Shown piece after piece: positions 54,546 through 64,000 of a DNA stretch of 64,000 nucleotides; position 1 is the first letter of the stretch, and each line of letters opens with the position of its first letter. Position numbers and translations under genes: made by a program. The notes under the pieces are model-generated. The model was not told the origin of the DNA, made no database searches, and worked only from the letters and a program-made list of their open reading frames with translations. Location: the sequence record SRR22947727_95; one strand, 5' to 3'.

Positions 54546-54917
54546 TTAACTCTCATCACAATATACATTGTATTCATCTTGATTCATTAGACCCTTTAGT
54601 TCATTCAAATCAGATATAGATATTTTCACAAACCACCCATCTTCAAATGGAGACTCATTCACAATTTGAGGATTTTCCTCTAGTTCCTTATTTACACTCA
54701 GTACTTTTCCAGAAACAGGACTATATACCTCTGAAGCCGCCTTGACAGACTCAACCACAGCGAGCTCTTCACCACTTTCCAATGTTTTTCCAATCTCAGG
54801 AAGTTCTACAAAAACAACATCTCCAAGTTGAGAGGCAGCATGAGAAGAGATTCCTACAACACCTTCTTTTTGGTTAATATTTATCCATTCATGGTCTTTA
54901 GTAAAATAAATTGACAT
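54546..54917 (-). CDS. gcvH: Glycine cleavage system H protein
   Basis: FTKDHEW, lipoyl site VESVKAASEV, GWF. Confidence 0.97.
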   Translation of the reverse strand: MSIYFTKDHEWININQKEGVVGISSHAASQLGDVVFVELPEIGKTLESGEELAVVESVKAASEVYSPVSGKVLSVNKELEENPQIVNESPFEDGWFVKISISDLNELKGLMNQDEYNVYCDES

Positions 54918-54921
54918 TTTT

Positions 54922-56067
54922 TTATCCCCTATAATATTTAGTGCTCACAAATGGCATTTTAACAACGCTAGCAGGCATAGTTTTGTTACGGATTATTAAA
55001 TTTATGGGGGTTCCTATTTTTTTAAATTCACCAACCACATACCCCATTGCAATTGGAAAGCCTAAAGAAGGGCTATAACTACCACTCGTTACAACTCCAA
55101 TTTTATTACCTTTAATATCTTGAATTTCAGCGCCTGCACGTGCAGGAATTCTGCCATCAGGTTTTATACCAACTAATCTTTTAGTGTTAACACACTCAAT
55201 ATCAGAAATAACTCTCTCAGAACCCTTGAATTTTACATTAGGTAATCTTCTATTTTTTTGAATTGACCAAGTAAGTCCAGCCTCGACAGGCGAAACGCTT
55301 TCATCAATATCTTGACCGTAAAGGCAAAGTCCGGCTTCAAGCCTTAAACTGTCTCGCGCACCCAATCCTATCATTTCAACATCTTCGTTTTGTAAAAGCA
55401 TGTCCACTAAAGTGCATACATCACTATTCTTCATTGAAATCTCAAATCCATCTTCACCTGTATATCCAGAACGAGAAACATGACCCCATATATTTGGAGT
55501 CAATGGCACATAAATTGATGACATAAATGATAGATCCGCAATTGAAGAATTAAGCCGCGCGAGGACTTCGACTGATTTAGGTCCTTGAAGCGATATTAAA
55601 GACAAAGAGTTATCTTCAATATCAAGATTTATCCCTTCTGGTAAATTTTTTTTAATGTATTCAAAATCTGAATGTTTCTTGTTGGCATTAACTACTAAAT
55701 AAAGTTTATGACTCTGCCCCTCAACTCCAAGTCGACCAACAATTAAATCATCTATGATACCGCCATCAGCATTCAATAGTTGTGAATATTTTTGTTTACC
55801 TGGTTCCAAACTAGAAATATCAGCTGGAACTAATGCTTCCAGAGCCTTTGCCACGTGTAAAAAATCAAGGTTATCTGAATATAAAAAACACTGCCCCATG
55901 TGCGAAACATCAAATAGTCCAGCTTTTGAACGTGTATGCAAATGTTCTTTAAGTATACCCAAGTTATAGTGAAGTGGCATACTATAACCTGCAAAGGAAA
56001 CCATATTTGCGCCATAAGACAAATGATTGTCGTAAAGCTTAGTTTTCAATAAATTGATTTCAGACAC
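54922..56067 (-). CDS. gcvT: Glycine cleavage system aminomethyltransferase T
   Basis: GLFDVSHMGQ, SRSGYTGEDGFEI, GLGARDSLRLEAG; GTG start. Confidence 0.97.
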   Translation of the reverse strand: MSEINLLKTKLYDNHLSYGANMVSFAGYSMPLHYNLGILKEHLHTRSKAGLFDVSHMGQCFLYSDNLDFLHVAKALEALVPADISSLEPGKQKYSQLLNADGGIIDDLIVGRLGVEGQSHKLYLVVNANKKHSDFEYIKKNLPEGINLDIEDNSLSLISLQGPKSVEVLARLNSSIADLSFMSSIYVPLTPNIWGHVSRSGYTGEDGFEISMKNSDVCTLVDMLLQNEDVEMIGLGARDSLRLEAGLCLYGQDIDESVSPVEAGLTWSIQKNRRLPNVKFKGSERVISDIECVNTKRLVGIKPDGRIPARAGAEIQDIKGNKIGVVTSGSYSPSLGFPIAMGYVVGEFKKIGTPINLIIRNKTMPASVVKMPFVSTKYYRG

Positions 56068-56094
56068 AATTACACTTCCGTGTTCTGTGCCACC

Positions 56095-56280
56095 CGCTGT
56101 CCTTGAAACCTGAGAGATTCACCTAAATACTAACACTAGCAATAGGCTTACTCCGTCGGTGGAAAATAATACTAAATTTCACTTTCCAGCGTTTTAAAAA
56201 ATAAGCGGTCCATTTTACCTGAGAGTTTCCGGTGGCGGTTGCTCCTTCGGTGGCGGATTAATTCGCACTCTCCCGCTTAT
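56095..56280 (-). ncRNA. Tandem glycine riboswitch
   Basis: Minus strand aptamer 1 (56280-56201): ATAAGCGGGAGAG...CACCGAAGGAGCAA...AAACTCTCAGGTAAAATGGACCGCTTAT. Aptamer 2 (about 56191-56095): GCTGGAAAG...CACCGACGGAGTAA...AATCTCTCAGGTTTCAAGGACAGC. Directly upstream of gcvT. Confidence 0.96.
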
Positions 56281-56349
56281 TAATATTAAAATAAAATTAG
56301 ACGTTAGAAATTACATGTCAATAAGTAATTTTAAACATTAGACTACTTC

Positions 56350-58131
56350 TTACATACGTTCTGGGGCTTCAATTCCTAAAATATTTAAAGCCTTTTCCAA
56401 TTGTAGCAATGTTAGTTTAGCTAATGACAATCGAGAACTTTGTAAAGGTTTAGGTATTTCTTCAGAAAGTATAGGGCAGTCAGCATAAAACCTCGAAAAT
56501 GCCTGTGCCACTCTATAAACATGATCACATAAAATATGCGGTGAATATTTAACCCCAGCAATTGAAACTGATTTTCCGAAAGCATCTAATGCAATTAACA
56601 GCTGCTGTTCGGAACTATGGGATAAATCAATACTTTGGTCTTCTAAAACAATATTCGCAGATACAGCCTTTCTAAGTATAGATTTGATACGCACAACTGC
56701 ATAAAGTAAATAAGGTCCAGTTTTACCTTCAAAAGATGTGAAACGCACAGGGTCGAATATATAATTAGTAAGTCTTTGGTTCTGCAAGTCTGCAAATTTT
56801 AGAGCTGCTAAGCCAACCTTACGTGCAATTTCTAATCTTTCATGATAATCAAAACCTATACCAATTCCAGATTCTTCCAATCTTTTTCTTGCAGAATTAT
56901 TCATAATATCCAAGAGATCCTGCAAACGTAAAACACCACCCTCTCGAGTTTTGAATGGTTTGCCATCCTTACCATTCATAGTACCAAAGCCTACATGAAT
57001 TAGTTGATCAGGGTGAAACCAACCCGCCTTAGATGCAGCACGAAAAACTTGTTCAAAATGTAGTGCTTGTCTCTGGTCAACAACATAAATTATAAGGTCT
57101 GGGTTATTTGTCTCTTTTCTATCCACTAACGTAGCCATGTCAGTAGTATGATATAATACTGCACCAGAACTAGCCAGAAGCATTAAAGGCGGTATATCTA
57201 ATTTTTCATTTTCTTCCTGAACTCTTATTATTAAAGCGCCATTATCTTCTTCAGTTATATTTTTCAGCTTAAGTTCTTTAATCATATCGGGTATTAATGG
57301 GTCAACGCACGCTTCACCTTTCCATAAGTCAAATTCTACTCCAAGTTTTCCATATCCAACCTTTAATGCAGCTACCGATACAGATATAAAATGCTCTAAA
57401 AGAGCACGATACCCTAACCTACCTGATTGCAATTCAGCGGTGGCAGTTCTTGATAGTTCCATTCTATCATCATCATTTTTTGCAGCTGCACTCGCTTGAG
57501 GATAAAGTCGAGCTAAATCATCCATATTTACAGGAGATATATCAGGGAAATCTGAAGTAATATTTTCATCAAAATATGGTAAGTTAGGCTGTTCGATTTG
57601 TAATTCAGATATGAGATGACCCATCTGCAAACCCCAATCACCCATGTGTACATCACCAATGACATTATGTCCTTGGGCTCGCAAAATTCTTTTTATAGAC
57701 TCTCCAATTACTGCCGATCTAAGATGTCCAACATGCATAGGTTTTGCGACATTAGCTCCACCATAATCAATTATAATTGATAAGGGCAATTCCTGCTTAA
57801 TACCAAGATTCTTATCAAAAAGAAGCTCCAAGGCACGATCACGCAATGAGTTAACTGAAGGAAAAATATTTATAAAACCTGGACCCCCAATTTCTAATTT
57901 ATCAATCATTGGGTGGTTTTGAAGGTTTTTAATGACTAATGATGCAACATCTGATGGAGAAACATATGTTCCCCGTTTTTTAGATATGCCTGAAGCACGC
58001 ATAGCACCATTACATTGATAAGGTGCAATGCCACGAAAACTTTCTTGCACACCCCCAAGTTCTCCGGGGTAACCTATAGTGATAAAAGCTTCTCGGAATA
58101 ACTCGTCAAATGTCTCTAATATTGATTGCAT
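56350..58131 (-). CDS. argS: Arginine--tRNA ligase
   Basis: DYGGANVAKPMHVGHLRS, GDWGLQMG, FKTREG, GPYLLYA, PERM C-terminus. Confidence 0.97.
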   Translation of the reverse strand: MQSILETFDELFREAFITIGYPGELGGVQESFRGIAPYQCNGAMRASGISKKRGTYVSPSDVASLVIKNLQNHPMIDKLEIGGPGFINIFPSVNSLRDRALELLFDKNLGIKQELPLSIIIDYGGANVAKPMHVGHLRSAVIGESIKRILRAQGHNVIGDVHMGDWGLQMGHLISELQIEQPNLPYFDENITSDFPDISPVNMDDLARLYPQASAAAKNDDDRMELSRTATAELQSGRLGYRALLEHFISVSVAALKVGYGKLGVEFDLWKGEACVDPLIPDMIKELKLKNITEEDNGALIIRVQEENEKLDIPPLMLLASSGAVLYHTTDMATLVDRKETNNPDLIIYVVDQRQALHFEQVFRAASKAGWFHPDQLIHVGFGTMNGKDGKPFKTREGGVLRLQDLLDIMNNSARKRLEESGIGIGFDYHERLEIARKVGLAALKFADLQNQRLTNYIFDPVRFTSFEGKTGPYLLYAVVRIKSILRKAVSANIVLEDQSIDLSHSSEQQLLIALDAFGKSVSIAGVKYSPHILCDHVYRVAQAFSRFYADCPILSEEIPKPLQSSRLSLAKLTLLQLEKALNILGIEAPERM

Positions 58132-58140
58132 TATTAAATC

Positions 58141-58731
58141 TTAGCTCTGACCGGCTGAAACACGAAAGCGTTTTCCTTGTATATTAAATTCCCTTTGCTC
58201 TGGAGTTAAAATGAAGCCTACAATGATTTCAAAATTTTCTCCAGATGTACCAGCGTTAGCACGAGGGATAGTTATTTTATTTATACGTTCTGTTATGGTA
58301 ACTCTATTTTTACCAGACGGGAACTTCACTTGGATAGGGAAAGTTTTCTTATTTATTACCCCAATGTTTTTGCGGGTAACAGCTACAAAGTATTCATATT
58401 CAATGGTAGTCTGAGTGTTGGATGCTGGACCACGCCCAAAACTTATATCCATCTCGAGATCTCCCTCTATAGGTTTGTCACCATAATAACGACAAAGACT
58501 ACGAATTTTTTGAAATTCACCTGTAAAGCTAACATTTGAAAAAGTCTCAGCATCACCGGAAAACTCCACTATACGTGATGCATCATAGAGAGCAAAAGCT
58601 CTAGGACACGGCCCTGGATTAGCATCAGCTGCCTCACCGATCTGCAAAATTTCTTGCGTGCTTCTACAGCCACCGAAATTTATCAATAGTATTGTAAAAA
58701 ATATTAGTATTACTATTTTCGGAAATTGCAT
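58141..58731 (-). CDS. Hypothetical lipoprotein
   Basis: Signal peptide ending FGGC; PGPCPRAFALYDASR; co-oriented with argS. Confidence 0.65.
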   Translation of the reverse strand: MQFPKIVILIFFTILLINFGGCRSTQEILQIGEAADANPGPCPRAFALYDASRIVEFSGDAETFSNVSFTGEFQKIRSLCRYYGDKPIEGDLEMDISFGRGPASNTQTTIEYEYFVAVTRKNIGVINKKTFPIQVKFPSGKNRVTITERINKITIPRANAGTSGENFEIIVGFILTPEQREFNIQGKRFRVSAGQS

Positions 58732-58867
58732 TATATTATCCCAAATTTATTAAATATCCAGAGCTTCACTATAGCTTGATTGGAATGAGTCTGCTAGGTC
58801 ATAACAGATATAAATACGTCTGCAACGCTGAAGATTAAGTATAGCAATTAATTTGGAGATAATAGTT

Positions 58868-59821
58868 ATGGAGAATAGCACCTCAAAAACAGTGCTTTTA
58901 GCAGCTCCTAGAGGTTTTTGTGCAGGGGTAGACAGAGCTATTCAAATAGTAGAAAAGTCAATTCAAAAATACGGAACCCCTGTATACGTGCGACATGAAA
59001 TTGTTCACAATCGTCATGTGGTTAATAAACTAGTTAATTTAGGTGCTATTTTTGTTGAGACATTAGAGGATTGTCCTAATGATAGACCCGTCGTTTTTTC
59101 TGCTCATGGTGTTCCAAAGTCAGTTCCAAGAAAAGCAGAAGCAAGAGCAATGAATTTTCTTGATGCAACATGCCCACTTGTATCCAAAGTCCATGTTGAA
59201 GCTGAAAAACATGCTAAATCTGGTCATCATATTTTATTAATAGGGCACTCAGGACACCCCGAAGTCGTAGGAACTATGGGACAATTACCTGATGGTAATA
59301 TAACCCTTATTGAGACCGAAAAAGATGCTCTGAATTTTAATTCAGAAGCCTATGATAGTCTTGCTCTAGTAACACAAACAACACTTTCCGTTGACGACAC
59401 ATTCCATATAATCAGCATATTAAAAGATCGCTTTCCAAATATAGCCTTACCGTACAAAGAAGATATATGCTACGCTACAACAAATAGACAGACAGCAGTT
59501 AAAGCAATAGCAGAGAAATGTGATTTATTACTTGTAATAGGTTCAATAACTTCTTCTAACTCAAAACGTCTCGTCGAAGTAGGAGATAAAGCAGGAGCAA
59601 AAAATTCAATGTTAATTTCAAGTTCTGAAAGTATAGACTGGGAAATTGTAGACAAAGCAGATATTATTGGTCTTTCTGCAGGAGCAAGTGCCCCAGAATA
59701 CTTAACGGATGGAGTTATAGCAGCTTTAAAATCAAGATATAAAATCGAAATCAATGAAGTAGAGGTTACCAAGGAAAAGGTAATCTTTCGTTTGCCAAGA
59801 AAGTTACTTGACGTTGGATAA
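58868..59821 (+). CDS. ispH: 4-hydroxy-3-methylbut-2-enyl diphosphate reductase
   Basis: [49 protein letters not shown]. Confidence 0.98.
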   Translation: MENSTSKTVLLAAPRGFCAGVDRAIQIVEKSIQKYGTPVYVRHEIVHNRHVVNKLVNLGAIFVETLEDCPNDRPVVFSAHGVPKSVPRKAEARAMNFLDATCPLVSKVHVEAEKHAKSGHHILLIGHSGHPEVVGTMGQLPDGNITLIETEKDALNFNSEAYDSLALVTQTTLSVDDTFHIISILKDRFPNIALPYKEDICYATTNRQTAVKAIAEKCDLLLVIGSITSSNSKRLVEVGDKAGAKNSMLISSSESIDWEIVDKADIIGLSAGASAPEYLTDGVIAALKSRYKIEINEVEVTKEKVIFRLPRKLLDVG

Positions 59822-60284
59822 AAAAATAAAATTAACAATTTATACCGATGGCGCATGTTCTGGAAACCCTGGTCCTGGAGGCTGGGGAGTTTTATTACAA
59901 TATGGCGATAAAGAAAAAACATTAAAAGGCGGTGATCCTAAAACTACTAATAATCGCATGGAAATGATGGCAGCAATAAAAGCTATAGAATCAGTAAATA
60001 AAACCTATACTGGTGAAATTATTTTATGGACAGATAGTACCTATGTTATGAAAGGCATTACCGAATGGATACATGGTTGGAAAAAGAAGAACTGGGTTAA
60101 GTCGGATAAAAAGCCTGTTGTTAATACTGACCTGTGGAAAGTACTGGATAACCTCAACTCGAAGAGAAATATTCAATGGAATTGGGTCAAAGGGCATGCA
60201 GGTGTTGCCGGAAACGAACGCGCAGACGAGTTAGCGCGCCAAGGGCTTGAAGAAATGAGGTCTGCAAATAAGATACCGACTTAA
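59808..60284 (+). CDS. rnhA: Ribonuclease HI
   Basis: [40 protein letters not shown]. Confidence 0.98.
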   Translation: MTLDKKIKLTIYTDGACSGNPGPGGWGVLLQYGDKEKTLKGGDPKTTNNRMEMMAAIKAIESVNKTYTGEIILWTDSTYVMKGITEWIHGWKKKNWVKSDKKPVVNTDLWKVLDNLNSKRNIQWNWVKGHAGVAGNERADELARQGLEEMRSANKIPT

Positions 60285-60300
60285 TCAAAATAGTTTATAA

Positions 60301-60783
60301 TTAAATTTTCTCTAACAAATAATCTGCTGCTGATACTTTAAATTCCCCACCCTTTTCAACGAAAACATTTTCGACAACTAAATCATTAACTACCATAGCA
60401 TATCTTTGGGAACGACTTCCCATGCCGAACCCAGACCCATCCAACTCAAGTCCTATAGTTTTTGCAAAAATACCATTGCCATCCGCTAAAAGTATTATTT
60501 CCCCTGTAAGGCCTTGATCCTTACCCCATGCATCCATAACAAAAACGTCATTTACCGAGGTACATGCTATTGTGTCTATTCCCTTATCTTTAAATTCATT
60601 CACTAGATCCTTATAACCTGGAAGGTGTTTTGCAGAACAAGTTGGTGTAAATGCGCCGGGGACAGCAAATAGCGCTACTCTTTTTCCATTAAAAATTGTA
60701 TTTGTATCTATAGGTTCAGGACCATCAGATCCCATAGTCATAAAAGTAGCTGAAGGAAGTTTATCACCTTTTTGTATAGACAT
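60301..60783 (-). CDS. Peroxiredoxin (Prx5-like)
   Basis: VPGAFTPTCS, VNDVFVM, LADGNG, RSQRYA. Confidence 0.94.
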   Translation of the reverse strand: MSIQKGDKLPSATFMTMGSDGPEPIDTNTIFNGKRVALFAVPGAFTPTCSAKHLPGYKDLVNEFKDKGIDTIACTSVNDVFVMDAWGKDQGLTGEIILLADGNGIFAKTIGLELDGSGFGMGSRSQRYAMVVNDLVVENVFVEKGGEFKVSAADYLLEKI

Positions 60784-60892
60784 GTTTTCTCCTATATTAA
60801 ATATACACCTTTTAGTCTTATAATAAGTTCCATTACAAGGTTAAGATAATATTATTTTTTGATTGTTTAAAGAAATAGACCTTAATAAGTCC

Positions 60893-61471
60893 TCAAGCAT
60901 AGTTGTCTGATAAAATCTTTGAGAAAATATAATGATCTTCCCAATTACCATTAATTTTTAAATTCTTACGTAAAATTCCTTCTTCTTTGAAACCCAAAGC
61001 TTTAAGAATAGAAATAGATGGAGCATTTTTGACCATAACCGCGGCTTCTACTCTATTTAAAGACAACTCATTAAAGCAATAATTTGTAACTGCTAATACA
61101 GCTGATTTACCAAAATTTAAACCGGAGTATTCTTTCCCAATCCAATATCCAATTTTTGCTGTCTGCGATATATTTCTTTGAATATCTAAAATATTACAAA
61201 CACCTATCATTCGTTTATCTTTCGAACGAAAAACATAAAAGGGCAGAGCTTTTCCAAGGCGGGCCATCTTATTATAACTTTTTAATCTCGTTAAATAATG
61301 TTTTTTCACTAACTTAAGGTTGTTGAACTCTGGTTCCCAAGGCTTCAGATATTCTTGATTATGTTTTCTTAAACTAACCCATTCATTAAAATTTGATTTG
61401 ACAGGCTGGCATAAAACTACCGATGCTCCGCACCAATTACCCTCTAGAGTAATATTTTTATTAATTTTCAT
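60893..61471 (-). CDS. rimJ: RimJ/RimL family GNAT N-acetyltransferase
   Basis: LKPWEP, IGYWIG, LNRVEAA, EGILRKNLKINGNWEDH. Confidence 0.85.
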   Translation of the reverse strand: MKINKNITLEGNWCGASVVLCQPVKSNFNEWVSLRKHNQEYLKPWEPEFNNLKLVKKHYLTRLKSYNKMARLGKALPFYVFRSKDKRMIGVCNILDIQRNISQTAKIGYWIGKEYSGLNFGKSAVLAVTNYCFNELSLNRVEAAVMVKNAPSISILKALGFKEEGILRKNLKINGNWEDHYIFSKILSDNYA

Positions 61472-62198
61472 TATAGAATTTTAGCCTACCTGCCCTGTGA
61501 TGAATAATTAAATATATTATTAGTAAAATAATTGCAAAACTATACCATGTAAGCATGTAATCCATATGATTATTTCTAATATCCGGCCTCATTGCTTTCA
61601 AGGAAGTGTTACTGAGACTCGTAGATTTAACATCAATATAAAATCTCATATCAGCATCAATATCCGCTAAATCATTCCACCCATGACTATCTGGCAATTG
61701 ATTAAAACCAAACCACCTATTTTCTTCAGGAGTATTTTTGGGTGCACCTGTTGTAACTTCTCGTGCTAATCTAACATAACCAACGATTGGTAAGTTATTT
61801 CTGTTTACATAGTTTTTGTATCTTAATTTATCACTATCACTAATAGTCTCAAGGCTAGCAAACACTGTAACGCCTGAGCTGGTAATAGGTTTAAATACTC
61901 TCCAATTTATATTCCTATTTTCTGCACTAAAAACAAAAAAGTGAGAGCTAGAATTTTGACTACTGCTGGTTAGAATTATACGACGAAAATCAACCGGAGA
62001 CGAACTAGAAATGGCTTTTTGTACTTCTTCTAGTGAGGAAAATGGTTCAGAAACTGCCGCACTTTCAACTTCAGCAAGCAATTTAGTTTTCCATTTGAGG
62101 CGTTCGTACTGCCATGTTCCAAGATTAATAAGAATTAATAAAATAGAGATCACAATGACTGTTAGCCATGGCATAGGATTAAAGTGTATTTTCCTCAA
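61461..62198 (-). CDS. SURF1 family cytochrome oxidase assembly protein
   Basis: LGTWQYERLKWK near the N-terminus, NNHMDYMLTWY near the C-terminus; cox cluster; TTG start. Confidence 0.92.
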   Translation of the reverse strand: MRKIHFNPMPWLTVIVISILLILINLGTWQYERLKWKTKLLAEVESAAVSEPFSSLEEVQKAISSSSPVDFRRIILTSSSQNSSSHFFVFSAENRNINWRVFKPITSSGVTVFASLETISDSDKLRYKNYVNRNNLPIVGYVRLAREVTTGAPKNTPEENRWFGFNQLPDSHGWNDLADIDADMRFYIDVKSTSLSNTSLKAMRPDIRNNHMDYMLTWYSFAIILLIIYLIIHHRAGRLKFYNEN

Positions 62199-62299
62199 AG
62201 TTCTATCTTTGAAGATTTAACTTCACCACATTTAGGGCAAAGCCCCCTAAACCCTGTGGCAAATGGAGATAACCCTTCTCTGCTAATGAGCAGCTCCAT
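62195..62299 (-). pseudogene. Internally deleted DUF983-family remnant (34-aa mini ORF)
   Basis: Manual translation MELLISREGLSPFATGFRGLCPKCGEVKSSKIEL*. It matches the DUF983 N-terminal pattern (GxRGxCPxCGE) at the usual coxC-DUF983-SURF1 position. Confidence 0.7.
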
Positions 62300-63248
62300 T
62301 CATAGCAAATATGATGTATACAAAAGCAAAGAGAAATAACCAAACAACATCTACAAAATGCCAGTACCAAGCAGCTGCTTCAAAACCAAAGTGTTTTTCT
62401 GGTTTAAAGCCACCCTTCAGTAACCTCACCCAACACACGAATAAAAATATTGTACCTATTAAAACATGGAATCCGTGGAAGCCTGTCGCCATGAAGAAGG
62501 CTGATCCATAAGCATTATTTCCAATCCAGGCCTCGTGACCACTTTCACGTAAATGAAATAACTCAGCATATTCGATCAATTGCAACCAAGTAAATATAAC
62601 GCCTAAGGCTATCGTAAGGAATAATCCCCATTTTGCTCCTTTACGATCATTATGCATCAAAGCATGATGAGCCCAAGTAACAGTCGTTCCCGAAAGTAAC
62701 AACACCAATGTGTTCATTAAGGGCAAATGCCAAGGGTCAACTGATGTAACACCAGGGGCCATTGACTCTGCATAACCAGCTGCATTCTCAAGAATATCTG
62801 GATTCCAAGTAGCTCGTACCTTATGAAAAAGGCCTAATTCAAAAAACATCCAAAACCATCCAACAAAAAACATTGCTTCTTGCATGATAAACATAATCAT
62901 ACCGTAGCGCAGTCCAATGTCTACAACTGGAGTATGATCACCGGCTTCTGATTCAGCAGCTACATCTTTCCACCAGCCATACATCACATAAGCAGCAAAT
63001 AGACAACCAACCAAAAGGATTATCCATCCACCAGAGATTGAGCCGTCACCGATTAATGATGATTTTAAAGTATCTAATCCGTTGGCAAAAAACCATTCTG
63101 TCATGGGAGATTCGCCTGTTCGGTCAACTAGACCAGCAAAAAACGTAACCATTCCAAGTCCCCAGACCAATGCAGCACATCCAGATAAAAATGGCCACGG
63201 GCTTGGCGGTATTAAGTGATAATCGTGTTCAACAGCATGACCGGCCAT
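62283..63248 (-). CDS. ctaE: Cytochrome c oxidase subunit III
   Basis: HDYHLIPPSPWP, GDHTPVV, NTLVLLLSG, FFMATGFHGFHV, AAWYWHFVDVVW. ATG 63248 preferred. Confidence 0.97.
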   Translation of the reverse strand: MAGHAVEHDYHLIPPSPWPFLSGCAALVWGLGMVTFFAGLVDRTGESPMTEWFFANGLDTLKSSLIGDGSISGGWIILLVGCLFAAYVMYGWWKDVAAESEAGDHTPVVDIGLRYGMIMFIMQEAMFFVGWFWMFFELGLFHKVRATWNPDILENAAGYAESMAPGVTSVDPWHLPLMNTLVLLLSGTTVTWAHHALMHNDRKGAKWGLFLTIALGVIFTWLQLIEYAELFHLRESGHEAWIGNNAYGSAFFMATGFHGFHVLIGTIFLFVCWVRLLKGGFKPEKHFGFEAAAWYWHFVDVVWLFLFAFVYIIFAMNGAAH

Positions 63249-63343
63249 AAATACCTCAAGATTTAAATGCACCTACGATTCGAAGATGCTTATTTCCATC
63301 ATCCTATAAACAAGGTCCGTGCAGCCTGCAATACTCTAGTGTG

Positions 63344-63907
63344 TTAGTTTAGTACCTCGCGGCCTTGCGCCGCAGTTAGATTCTCATTTGCACTTTTAAC
63401 ATCAAAAAAAGTATATGAGAGAGTTATATCCTTCACATCAGCTAATCTTTGATCTTCATCTAATTGTGGATCAACAAAAAATATAACTGGCATTGATAAC
63501 TCTTGGCCAGGTTCAATACGTTGTTCTGTAAAGCAAAAACATTCTGTTTTTATAAAAAAAGGTGCAGCCTTTATAGGGGTTACATTAAATGTAGCAGTAC
63601 CAATCAAAGCTTTATTACTAGTATTTTTAACTTTGTAATACGCCAGCCCTGTTTGACCAAGCTTTATAGACATGTCAGATTGCTCAGGTGAAAACTCCCA
63701 AGGGAGACCATTTACATTTGAATCAAAATTTACTTTCACAGCGCGCTCTAAAATCTCTGAGAAATTGTCTTTTGAATACCCAGTAGTACCCCCGTAACCA
63801 GTTATTCGACAAAACGTATCGTATAGAGGTTTAGACGCAAACCCTAAACCAAGCATTGAAAAGCATAAAACTATTAAAAGCGATAGAGTTTTTCTATTAG
63901 CTGACAT
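63344..63907 (-). CDS. ctaG: Cytochrome c oxidase assembly protein CtaG/Cox11
   Basis: PLYDTFCRITGYGGT, CFCFTEQ, MPVIFFVDP, ITLSYTFF. ATG 63907 preferred. Confidence 0.96.
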   Translation of the reverse strand: MSANRKTLSLLIVLCFSMLGLGFASKPLYDTFCRITGYGGTTGYSKDNFSEILERAVKVNFDSNVNGLPWEFSPEQSDMSIKLGQTGLAYYKVKNTSNKALIGTATFNVTPIKAAPFFIKTECFCFTEQRIEPGQELSMPVIFFVDPQLDEDQRLADVKDITLSYTFFDVKSANENLTAAQGREVLN

Positions 63908-64000
63908 TAGGGATATTTCCACTTGAAACCATTGTAATAAATACAAACGCCATAAACAAGCTCAAACCAACGGCTATTGCAATGCTTCGCTTTCTACGGG
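63897..64000 (-). CDS. Small membrane protein of the cox cluster (CoxF-like), 5' end outside the window
   Basis: Manual translation ...RRKRSIAIAVGLSLFMAFVFITMVSSGNIPNVS*: a basic patch plus TM helix immediately upstream of ctaG. Confidence 0.65.
   Translation of the reverse strand, partial: RRKRSIAIAVGLSLFMAFVFITMVSSGNIPNVS

Overview
Gene-dense, AT-rich chromosomal segment of an alphaproteobacterium. The ArgS type, the degenerate PriA zinc region, split gcvPA/gcvPB and the gene order suggest Caulobacterales/Maricaulales (inference). It is mostly core genome: the dcw cluster start (mraZ-rsmH-ftsL-ftsI-murE-murF-mraY), RNase P RNA, ettA, rplU-rpmA, obgE-proB-proA-nadD-rsfS-rlmH-envC-ctpA-ctpA2-rppH, separate F1 (atpHAGDC) and Fo (atpIBEF'F) operons, priA, transaldolase, soluble and membrane pyrophosphatases, a TonB-dependent receptor with Fur-like boxes, ubiE, dsbA-smc, the glycine cleavage operon with a tandem glycine riboswitch, argS, ispH-rnhA and the end of the cytochrome c oxidase cluster. 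I saw no mobile elements, CRISPR arrays, tRNAs or rRNAs. The most notable unexplained element is a tandem 42-nt motif (GCGAGGGGAAGCG-19-nt hairpin-CGGCCAACTT, two copies) in the leader of the H+-pyrophosphatase gene, a candidate orphan riboswitch. Other notable items: an accessory amidohydrolase-Na+ symporter-deacylase cassette next to rnpB; absence of thrB and thrC from their usual loci; a 34-codon DUF983 remnant that keeps its gene overlaps; a shared RegA-like box upstream of both ATP synthase operons; and a compositionally atypical TonB-dependent receptor. All calls come from motif recognition by eye; no database searches were run.
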